A program made the translations under genes and the position numbers. From Planctomycetota bacterium (GTDB taxonomy: Bacteria > Planctomycetota > SZUA-567 > H5-PLA8), in assembly GCA_038227875.1 (NCBI GenBank), contig JBBRPR010000092.1, forward strand, positions 1 to 24,548: DNA of 24,548 nt, given 5' to 3'. The notes under the pieces were generated by a model, which was not told the DNA's origin, made no database searches, and worked only from the letters and a program-made list of their open reading frames with translations. Shown here in pieces: positions 18,112-24,548 of the stretch. How positions within the stretch are numbered: the stretch's first letter is position 1; each line of letters opens with the position of its first letter.

Positions 18112-18564
18112 TTACTCGCAGCCCTTTTCGTCGAATTTCGACGCAGGCACGTATCCATTGGGACAATAGAAACCCCATTGCCGGGATTTCGGTCCGGTGA
18201 TTACTAGCGTCCAGCACGGCCGTTTCGTGCCATCTGGATTGCTGCGTAACTCGACGCGATGTTGATAGTCGGCGCGATGGAATTCGATTGAGCCAGCGCG
18301 GCGCAGCCGTCCCTCCAGCCAGCCGCTCGCATAGTTCGGTGTCAGATCCAGGTACATACCCTTGAGCATCAGCGAAAGAAACCACCACGGATGATCGTGC
18401 GGCGCGCGATCATCGTCATCCCGCAGGAATTTGTGGATGAAGATCTTGAAGAAGCGATTCTGCGGGATCACGTACCAGCGCAGCATATACGGATTGGCTT
18501 CGCCGCCAATTCGTTCGTGCGGTTGACCAGAAATCAGAATTCGGAACCATTGCCAAATCGTCAT
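18112..18564 (-). CDS. Cupin-fold protein (phage cysteine-dioxygenase-like family)
   Basis: HKFLRDDDDRAPHDHPWWFLSLML, HRVEL and WTLVITGP..RQWGF motifs. Confidence 0.8.
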   Translation of the reverse strand: MTIWQWFRILISGQPHERIGGEANPYMLRWYVIPQNRFFKIFIHKFLRDDDDRAPHDHPWWFLSLMLKGMYLDLTPNYASGWLEGRLRRAGSIEFHRADYQHRVELRSNPDGTKRPCWTLVITGPKSRQWGFYCPNGYVPASKFDEKGCE

Positions 18565-18785
18565 GACTCATGCCCTCCGTTCTCTTTGAATTTCTGATTG
18601 AACAATTTGGCCCAGTCGATTGCTTTAGGATCAAGCGGGGGCGCTGGTTTCGGAATGCGCTTATCCCACGCCGTCATCGAAATGATGCTTTGGGAATGCG
18701 CGCAGATCTCGATTCGGTCAGGCTTACCGCGCGCGCTGATGATCCGCACCGTCGAGTTCTTTGTTCTGATTCGTTTGACGCGCAT
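18561..18785 (-). CDS. Hypothetical basic protein (74 aa)
   Basis: TGATG overlap with the upstream gene and ATGA overlap with the downstream gene. Confidence 0.6.
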   Translation of the reverse strand: MRVKRIRTKNSTVRIISARGKPDRIEICAHSQSIISMTAWDKRIPKPAPPLDPKAIDWAKLFNQKFKENGGHES

Positions 18786-19144
18786 CAGCAGCCCCCAATC
18801 GAATCGTTCTCCAGCATGCACGCTAACTCCGGATCACAGACGCTGTAGAATCCTTCGCGATCAGGAAACGTGTCCGCCGCGTCGACTAAAATCCGAACGC
18901 GCAGCCGTTCGGCTGCGTTGCTGATCAGATAGTTCGATGGCCACATGTCCGATGCGATCAGCAGCACATCCAGAACTTCCGAGCGATTGCATCCTCGCGC
19001 TCTGCGGCGGTCCGCGATCTCCACGAGTTCCCGCGTGAATTGCTTGTCACCGAACGCGTCATGAAACTTTCGCAGCGCCTGCCGGATAATTTCGATACCC
19101 GTCTCGCGCGCGTTTTCGAGTGCCTCCTCCAAAAAACAATTCAT
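18785..19144 (-). CDS. Hypothetical helical protein (119 aa), weak sigma region-4-like pattern
   Basis: Start reassigned to ATG 19144 (TAATG overlap with the sigma-2 gene); function inferred by eye only. Confidence 0.55.
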   Translation of the reverse strand: MNCFLEEALENARETGIEIIRQALRKFHDAFGDKQFTRELVEIADRRRARGCNRSEVLDVLLIASDMWPSNYLISNAAERLRVRILVDAADTFPDREGFYSVCDPELACMLENDSIGGC

Positions 19145-19488
19145 TAAGCGATCCTTTCCAAGTAGTCGATGAGGGGAAGACTTTCTGTCGTAGCTTCCGC
19201 GCTGCAGCGCATGTTCTTGCGCTGGAGATCGGCAAGCGCGCAGCACGCCGCGAAGTACGCGTAGTTCTGTAGCGGGAACTTTCCGCCGTGTTTAAACCGC
19301 GCCAGCCTGCGCACGGTGCCGAGCGTGACCTCTTGCTTAAAATCCTCCCACCCCATCTGTAGCGGCGGACGGCCGCGATGCCTGCGGATGATGGCGAGAT
19401 TCACAACGGGCTTGACCACGTCCGCGATTTCCGACTGCGTCGCGGCGCGGCGCAGCGGATCGCCGACGTCGAACAAATAACCATCCAT
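19144..19488 (-). CDS. Sigma-70 region-2-only protein (114 aa)
   Basis: KPVVNLAIIRR...WEDFKQEVTLGTVRRLARF...FPLQNYAYFAACCALADLQRK follows the region 2.1-2.4 pattern (EDLxQE..., F.TYA....AI.D.LRK); no region 4 HTH. Confidence 0.75.
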   Translation of the reverse strand: MDGYLFDVGDPLRRAATQSEIADVVKPVVNLAIIRRHRGRPPLQMGWEDFKQEVTLGTVRRLARFKHGGKFPLQNYAYFAACCALADLQRKNMRCSAEATTESLPLIDYLERIA

Positions 19489-19491
19489 GAT

Positions 19492-20112
19492 TTACATGCC
19501 CCAAAGCGTGCGCTGTTCGGACGCGACTTTCTGCGCGCCTTTAGCGGACCGCTGTTGCTTCAGCGGAGTCCATTCGGATTTGCGGTAGCCACCGGCGCGC
19601 GGCTCCTCCTGGATCAGCAGCCGATAGGCTTCGACCAGCGGAAGCGTTTCGACGGTGTAGTGCGTGGATTGTTCGCGGTAGCGCTCGAATTTCGGCGCGT
19701 TATGCATCATCCAATTGACCCACTGGTCGGGATTCTTTTTGGTCTTACTCAGGACGTCGCGCAGGCGCGCGTGGATCTTGGGCGGCTTGCCATTAAGCAT
19801 GTCGCGGAGCGCATTGAGCTCAAAGTCTCGGCAGGCCGTTAAGGTCGAGATTACGCGCCCGAGCACGCCAGACGCCCAGAGGTACGGCGATTCGATTTCG
19901 ACCGTCGTGTTCGGCCAGAAGTATTTCGGATCGCGGACTTCGCCCGGTCCAACGCAACCGCACGTCAAACACCAGCCGTCCGCGTCGCGCTCGGCGGGCC
20001 GGTGACAGTACACGCAGTTGGGCTGCAGCGCCGTGATCGTGCCATCGGCAACCATGCGCTTGAACTGCGCGTGGACGGCCTGCATCTGCCGCTTCCGCTG
20101 GAGTTCATTCAT
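19492..20112 (-). CDS. GemA (Mu gp16/DUF1018)-like protein with inserted zinc ribbon
   Basis: Start reassigned to ATG 20112 (GGAGG RBS, ATGA overlap); RKRQMQAVHAQFKRM and TLTACRDFELNALRDML motifs; CVYC-x11-CLTC. Confidence 0.5.
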   Translation of the reverse strand: MNELQRKRQMQAVHAQFKRMVADGTITALQPNCVYCHRPAERDADGWCLTCGCVGPGEVRDPKYFWPNTTVEIESPYLWASGVLGRVISTLTACRDFELNALRDMLNGKPPKIHARLRDVLSKTKKNPDQWVNWMMHNAPKFERYREQSTHYTVETLPLVEAYRLLIQEEPRAGGYRKSEWTPLKQQRSAKGAQKVASEQRTLWGM

Positions 20113-20477
20113 CGCTTTTCCTCCACTGTGGAGGGGGCGGGCGTAAGCGCGGTAGGCGCGGGCGGCAACCAGACTCCGCTGCCGTCCCACGGAAATTCGA
20201 GCACGAATTTACTAAGGTCAGACGGCTGACCGGGAGGGCCGAGAGAGCCCTGTATCATACCTTTAAAAAGCGCCGTCTCATCGGTGATCTTATTGCGTTC
20301 GCAATAGTGCCCGTCGTTCTCGAAAATCCATGCGTCAGCTCCATCAAGTCTGCCGATCACGCCATTCAAATCACCTATCTCATCAATAAATTTACTCAAA
20401 CGCTTGGGGTTCGAAATGATGATGAGGCGATAGAACCAGCGCGTATTTCCTCCGTGGTATTTCAACAGTTCCGACAT
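20109..20477 (-). CDS. Hypothetical protein (122 aa)
   Basis: ATG 20477 with strong GGAGGAGG RBS; ATGA overlap downstream. Confidence 0.7.
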   Translation of the reverse strand: MSELLKYHGGNTRWFYRLIIISNPKRLSKFIDEIGDLNGVIGRLDGADAWIFENDGHYCERNKITDETALFKGMIQGSLGPPGQPSDLSKFVLEFPWDGSGVWLPPAPTALTPAPSTVEEKR

Positions 20478-20502
20478 GAATTCCTCCTCCAATTTTGAAT
20501 GG

Positions 20503-20958
20503 TTAAGCTTGCTTCTTAGCCGTGACAATCCACGCGCCGACAGACTCGCCGCGTACAAACAGTTCAGGAATTTTTGCTTCAAATTCGCCGTTCAGTTGAG
20601 CCGCTACGCCAGAAAGAATCTCAGCACATACAGCGGCACACAGGACCTCGTTGGCATATTGCTTGGGGAACGCCTCGATCATTTCGCGGACGCGACGGCC
20701 GAGGGCGATATCCCGTTCCGACTGATTGATCGTCTCGCGATCCTCGTCACTGAGAATCGGAGTAGCGGGTTGACGTCCGAGCACAAAAGTGAGAAACGCA
20801 GCGACTGTGCGATGTTCCCATTTTGAAAGTTCGAACCAGCCCGCTCCGAGCGCAAGAATCGCTGATCGGGCTACTCCGGCGTCGCGAGCGAAATAGACTG
20901 AACGGATCAAATATCGACTACGCTTTTGGAGTTCGGCTAATGCCTGCGTCCTATCCAT
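20503..20958 (-). CDS. Hypothetical protein (151 aa)
   Basis: ATG 20958 with GGAG RBS, just after the upstream stop. Confidence 0.7.
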   Translation of the reverse strand: MDRTQALAELQKRSRYLIRSVYFARDAGVARSAILALGAGWFELSKWEHRTVAAFLTFVLGRQPATPILSDEDRETINQSERDIALGRRVREMIEAFPKQYANEVLCAAVCAEILSGVAAQLNGEFEAKIPELFVRGESVGAWIVTAKKQA

Positions 20959-20963
20959 CGTTT

Positions 20964-21203
20964 CTACACTCCAGTGTGTTTGTTGATCGCTTCGCGCAGC
21001 TGCAGTAGCTCCGCGTCCGTACAATCGATGATGTGGCTCACAGTTCGGCCGAGGATTTTGCGCGCGTACTGCTCGGTGGATTCAGTCGGCATCGCGCCGC
21101 TGAAAACGCGGCGGCGATGCAGTGCTTTGACCGAGATCGAGAGGTTCTGGTGTTTGAACTTGTCGATGGCATCGAGATCCTCCTGAGTGGGTTCAGCCTT
21201 CAC
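20964..21203 (-). CDS. Small GemA-like protein (79 aa)
   Basis: GTG start in a GTGA overlap with GGAGG RBS; EQYARKILGRTVSHIIDCTDAELLQLREAI motif. Confidence 0.5.
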   Translation of the reverse strand: MKAEPTQEDLDAIDKFKHQNLSISVKALHRRRVFSGAMPTESTEQYARKILGRTVSHIIDCTDAELLQLREAINKHTGV

Positions 21204-21640
21204 GCCGCTTCCTCCTGTTCTTCCTCGATTTCCTCTTCCGCGATGGCCTGACCCGGCGCGAGCACTTGGAGTTCGAGCTTGCCGGGAACGCCCGTGCTGC
21301 AGGCCGCGAGTTCCTTGTCGCTGGGCGTCGCGGCAAGCAGTTGATTGAGCTTTCGCGTTTCGGGTTTGCGCGGGCAGTAGAGGTCCAGCTGCGCGGGCCG
21401 GAGGAGCTTGGCAAGCAGTTTCACAACCCATTTGATGCCGGGCTTAGATACGAGTTGTGCCAGCGCGCCAGTGGCCGTGCGGAAGGCCGTGGCGTTACGG
21501 AACTGTAGTTCGTCTTTGATGTCGCCGCAGAGTTCGCGGTATTCGTTCGCGACGGGCCGGATCTGAATCAGCCGGTCGATTTTCTGCGCCAACTCCTGAT
21601 CGTTGAGCGGAGTGCGTTGCTTCTTGGGTCCCTTCGCCAT
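21200..21640 (-). CDS. Hypothetical protein, possibly a remote Mu Gam-like DNA end-binding protein
   Basis: ATG 21640 with AGGAG RBS; N-terminal helix followed by a short beta region (FRTATG); acidic tail; the Gam similarity is architectural only. Confidence 0.45.
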   Translation of the reverse strand: MAKGPKKQRTPLNDQELAQKIDRLIQIRPVANEYRELCGDIKDELQFRNATAFRTATGALAQLVSKPGIKWVVKLLAKLLRPAQLDLYCPRKPETRKLNQLLAATPSDKELAACSTGVPGKLELQVLAPGQAIAEEEIEEEQEEAA

Positions 21641-21668
21641 CTGAAGTGAATCTCCTGCGGTTGTGTTT

Positions 21669-21905
21669 TTAAGAAACCGAGCGCGACGCGCGGTTGAAAG
21701 TTCCAATCACCTGATTGATGCTCAGCTTCTGCTGCAGTCGCTCGTAAAAATTTACGGACGGCCGGACTTCTTCGGCGCAGATCTCGCGATGGTCCAGATC
21801 GCAGTCCTTGCACAGAACCATCGCGCAGCGCATGCAATGGATCAGCTGCGATGTCTCGACTGTTTCACGGCAGAGGTGGCACTCTTGCTTTATTTCCGGG
21901 CTCAT
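21669..21905 (-). CDS. Small double zinc-finger (B-box/AN1-like) protein
   Basis: C-x2-C-x11-C-x2-C-x4-C-x2-C-x3-H-x3-C; ATGA overlap. Confidence 0.7.
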   Translation of the reverse strand: MSPEIKQECHLCRETVETSQLIHCMRCAMVLCKDCDLDHREICAEEVRPSVNFYERLQQKLSINQVIGTFNRASRSVS

Positions 21906-22156
21906 TTGGTCGCTTGCGCTCCCGTTGCGGCCGCGTCCGGCGCGCGCACAGCGCGCGCGTCTTCCGTGAGATTGAAAAGCGTTTTGGTTTCGTCGTGTTC
22001 CATCAGCGCCTTCTTGAGTTCACCGGGAGTGTCTTCGCGGATTTCCGAGACGTGGCGGATGATCTTCGCGGCAGTCCCGATCAGTTCGACTTCGATACGA
22101 TTTTGCGAGTGCAGCTTGACGATCTTCACCGGTGCCCCGAGTTGATTGCGGATCAT
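21902..22156 (-). CDS. Hypothetical protein (84 aa)
   Basis: GGAGGAGG RBS; ATGA overlap downstream. Confidence 0.7.
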   Translation of the reverse strand: MIRNQLGAPVKIVKLHSQNRIEVELIGTAAKIIRHVSEIREDTPGELKKALMEHDETKTLFNLTEDARAVRAPDAAATGAQATK

Positions 22157-22212
22157 GCGTCCTCCTCCATTTCAAAAGTTCGATGGCGGCGCTTCAGCGC
22201 CGCGCTCAAAAT

Positions 22213-22725
22213 TCAGGCGACTGACGTTCCTTTCTTCTGGCTGTCGCGTGCGGCGGCGGCGGCAGCCGTGGCGACGGCGGCGCGCTGGCGTTGGGCGTCC
22301 AGTTCGGATGCGTGTTCGGTGCGCGCCGTAGCGGCTTCCTGTGGCGGTAGAACGCGGTCGAGCAGCTGGCTCACTGCGGATTCGTAGAGCGCTTTCTCTG
22401 CCCGGTTAAGTTCCTTCTTGCGACGGTGGTACGTCTCGCCGAAGGTCTCAACCACGCGCAGGAGTACTTCATTGTCCGGGCCGTTGACGATGTCGGATTT
22501 CTTTCCGTCGAGCAGCCATTCGGGCGTCGTGCGAAGGGCGTGCGCAACTTTGCCAATGGTCTCAATTGGACTGCGCTCGCCGGTTTCCCACGCCTGCACG
22601 CTCCGGACCTTTGCGCCGAGTTGCGCGGCTAAACAGGCGCGTGTGAGCATTAGCGTCTGGCGGGCAAGCATGATCCGTTTGCCGATCTCACGGCGCGCGG
22701 TTTTCTGTATCTCTCCACTGTCCAT
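22213..22725 (-). CDS. XRE-family (HTH_3) transcriptional regulator with C-terminal coiled coil
   Basis: IGKRIMLARQ...LAAQLG...SVQAWETGERSP...KVAHALRTTPEWLLDG. Confidence 0.92.
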   Translation of the reverse strand: MDSGEIQKTARREIGKRIMLARQTLMLTRACLAAQLGAKVRSVQAWETGERSPIETIGKVAHALRTTPEWLLDGKKSDIVNGPDNEVLLRVVETFGETYHRRKKELNRAEKALYESAVSQLLDRVLPPQEAATARTEHASELDAQRQRAAVATAAAAAARDSQKKGTSVA

Positions 22726-22755
22726 CTACCGTTCCTCCCTCCCCCAACACTTCTG

Positions 22756-22866
22756 ACTGCATCCGCACATGCGGACCGCAGTAGGTCCGCTCTGCGCCCT
22801 TCAAACCGCAAGAGCCGGGAGGTCTCACTCCACCAACCCAGCTTGCTCAGTCGGGCGCAGAGCGGA
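22756..22866 (-). other. Structured intergenic RNA element (two adjacent hairpins) upstream of the XRE gene
   Basis: Perfect 14-bp inverted repeat 22786-22799/22853-22866 with nested inner pairings, plus a second hairpin at 22756-22782. Confidence 0.7.
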
Positions 22867-22870
22867 TAAA

Positions 22871-23530
22871 TCAGGCGAACTTCAGGGCCGGGCGTTCGAC
22901 GTCGTCGAGCAGCGTCGCTTCCTCTTCCTTCACCGGCTGGAATTTCATCGCGCTTTTGACGAAGCCGAACGACTTCGGGCCGTACTCGTAGGTCCGCCAT
23001 CGCGGCTTCAGTAATTCGTTTTCCTTCGGCCACACCGCGACGACGGTGCGCAGCTTGAAGTCGTAGGCGTGGACCTTCGTGATGACGACGATCAGGTGGA
23101 CGGGAATCTCCAGGCGGTAGGCGCAGTCGTCGGCCGCGCGGAAGGCCGTCTCCAGCCGCTCCGCAGGTACCGCGCCTGCGTGATCGAACGCGATACAAAC
23201 CGCGCGGCCTTTGCCGTGGCGCTTACTCAAAACGCTGATGAGATTCTTGAGGCCCTCTAGATACGAGTTGGCAGCGGTCCCGAAGCGCCGGGCTGATTCC
23301 TGCATGCCGGTGTAGAGCCCGCGCTTGGCCGTCTCGATCAGACAGAGCGCCGGCTTTGACGCGCTGGCCGTCTCGCCGGTAGAGAATCGCTCTTCGCTGC
23401 GGAGCGCCGTCGTCAGGCCCGCAAAGTTCGCGGACTGCATCACGACGTCCAGCTTCGCAGTTCCCGGCTCGCCGCCTTCGCGGCAGAGTTTGATCAACGC
23501 GCGCTGGCGTATGTCGAGTTCCATACTCAT
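22871..23530 (-). CDS. Degenerate AAA+ (MuB/ExeA/AAA_22-like) protein, probably catalytically inactive
   Basis: Walker A-like SANFAGLTTALR (Lys replaced by Leu), Walker B-like VCIAFDHAG (Glu replaced by His), sensor-1-like strand HLIVVIT at the expected spacing. Confidence 0.6.
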   Translation of the reverse strand: MSMELDIRQRALIKLCREGGEPGTAKLDVVMQSANFAGLTTALRSEERFSTGETASASKPALCLIETAKRGLYTGMQESARRFGTAANSYLEGLKNLISVLSKRHGKGRAVCIAFDHAGAVPAERLETAFRAADDCAYRLEIPVHLIVVITKVHAYDFKLRTVVAVWPKENELLKPRWRTYEYGPKSFGFVKSAMKFQPVKEEEATLLDDVERPALKFA

Positions 23531-24198
23531 TTGAAACTTCCTCCGTTCTTCCCCTTCACCATGATTGAAAAGCCGTTCGCGTCGGCCACAGGGCTGATCG
23601 CGTTGAAGAATTCTTTCCAGGCGGCGCGGTCCGCTTCGCCGATGGACCGTTGCACGCGCTCCGCGATTTCTTTCGCGCGCTCTTTTGCAGATTTCGTTTC
23701 GGGCGTGAACAACTCATCCATGCGCGGATGCTTCGGTGGATCGACGATGGGTGGTTTCATTTCGAGCGTGGGGAGTTCTTTCAGCGCGCACTTCAGCACG
23801 CCGCCCTTGCCGTAGTCCGGAGCTTCCACGCGCGTCTGCGCGCAGTGCTGCTTGAGCGCGCCGAGGTATTGCCGCGCGCATTGCTTCAGGTACTCCGGGC
23901 TGTAGCCAGTGGCCCGCGCCAGTTGATCGGAAACCCAACTGTGCGCGCGCGTATCTGTGCCGCCGCTGATCTTCTTGTCTTTGGAATTGATGATATTGAG
24001 TTGCGCTTCGACTTCGGCGGCGCGGCACGTCTCGATAATGTGCCGACCGATTTCGATGCCGACGCCATTCATCTGCGCGCGTAATTTCTGGCCCTGCTTA
24101 TAAAGCGGTGCGACGCGCTCGGCCAAATTTGTGATGGCCGAGCAGACTTCCTTTTCTGCCTTGGCTACCAGCGGTGCGGGTGTGTCCAATTCCTTCAT
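23527..24198 (-). CDS. DUF3102 / YhcG-N-like helical DNA-binding protein
   Basis: IEIGRHIIE...VSDQLARATGYSPEYLKQCARQY pattern; AAGGAGG RBS. Confidence 0.55.
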   Translation of the reverse strand: MKELDTPAPLVAKAEKEVCSAITNLAERVAPLYKQGQKLRAQMNGVGIEIGRHIIETCRAAEVEAQLNIINSKDKKISGGTDTRAHSWVSDQLARATGYSPEYLKQCARQYLGALKQHCAQTRVEAPDYGKGGVLKCALKELPTLEMKPPIVDPPKHPRMDELFTPETKSAKERAKEIAERVQRSIGEADRAAWKEFFNAISPVADANGFSIMVKGKNGGSFK

Positions 24199-24303
24199 TC
24201 CGTGCCTCCTTTTTTTCGACCTCGTCTCCGAACTCTTCCTCTTCTTCGTCGATGTAGTTCCAGCTGTCCGGGTGTTTGGGATTCATCGGCCTCCCATCAA
24301 ACT

Positions 24304-24548
24304 TCACGCGAAATTTCCCAGCGCCGCTGACACTGGCTCGTTTGTCGTGCCCTGCTTGAGCGCGGCGGGCGCATGCACGCCCGACTCATGCCACGCGCGC
24401 AAACGGCGCTGTTTGTCCGTCTGCGGTTTGGCGACTGGGTGCTCGCTGATCTTGGGCCGGTCGTTTTCAAACCCGAGGAAGCTCTTAGAAACCTTGAGCG
24501 CCTCGATCTGGTGATACTGGGGCTGGCCGTTGGTCTGTTCGATGATCA
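24304..24548 (-). CDS. C-terminal 80 aa of a gene starting beyond the window (function unknown)
   Basis: Manual translation IIEQTNGQPQYHQIEALKVSKSFLGFEND...SAALGNFA*, open from the window edge. Confidence 0.65.
   Translation of the reverse strand, partial: IIEQTNGQPQYHQIEALKVSKSFLGFENDRPKISEHPVAKPQTDKQRRLRAWHESGVHAPAALKQGTTNEPVSAALGNFA

Larger units (their letters stand above)
1..24548 (-). mobile_element. Prophage/temperate phage segment (siphovirus-like: HK97-type head, non-contractile tail; Mu-like early cluster); both ends lie outside the window
   Basis: Continuous, co-oriented, tightly packed run of terminase, portal, protease, capsid, connector, tail tube, chaperone and tape measure genes in canonical order; many ATGA/TAATG overlaps. 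Confidence 0.97.

Noticed and set aside
22186..22203. GC hairpin GCGGCGC-TGAA-GCGCCGC after the XRE gene as a terminator
   Set aside because: No U-tract directly follows the stem, so termination is not supported
21445..23270. 13-mer TAGATACGAGTTG repeated at 21445 and 23258 as a separate element
   Set aside because: A few 13-mer pairs are expected by chance in 24.5 kb and both copies lie within genes; noted only as core matches to the late motif
24304..24548. Calling the truncated ORF a transposase
   Set aside because: Only 80 C-terminal residues are visible, with no diagnostic motif; position alone is insufficient
1..24548. tRNA/rRNA genes, endolysin, integrase, att sites
   Set aside because: None recognisable by eye in this window

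Overview
The whole window is part of a temperate tailed-phage (prophage or phage contig) genome, with every credible gene on the minus strand. In reading order (right to left) it has an early/middle cluster, a probable membrane/lysis protein, and packaging, head and tail modules. The early/middle cluster holds a truncated ORF, a DUF3102/YhcG-N-like protein, a degenerate AAA+ (MuB-like) protein, an XRE regulator, a double zinc finger, two GemA-like proteins, a sigma-70 region-2-only protein, a cupin and a frameshifted C5-methyltransferase. The packaging and head genes are TerS, TerL, HK97-type portal, gpF/gp7 head protein, HK97 protease, major capsid, capsid decoration protein, connector and closure. 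The tail genes are gp10-like, terminator, tail tube, tail chaperones with a -1 frameshift site, tape measure and tail-tip/fibre genes including a collagen-like protein. The tail-tip genes resemble those I recall from Planctomycetota prophages (inference, not searched). Two observations stand out. (1) An exact 10-mer, GCGTATCTAT, occurs in three late-region intergenic gaps with no shared -35 element, and the phage encodes a sigma protein with region 2 only, coupled to a possible region-4-like partner; together these suggest a split-sigma or -10-only late transcription system. (2) Two genes inside the virion module, including the DUF2190-like capsid decoration protein, carry Sec-type signal peptides. 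All family calls come from motif recognition by eye; no database searches were run.
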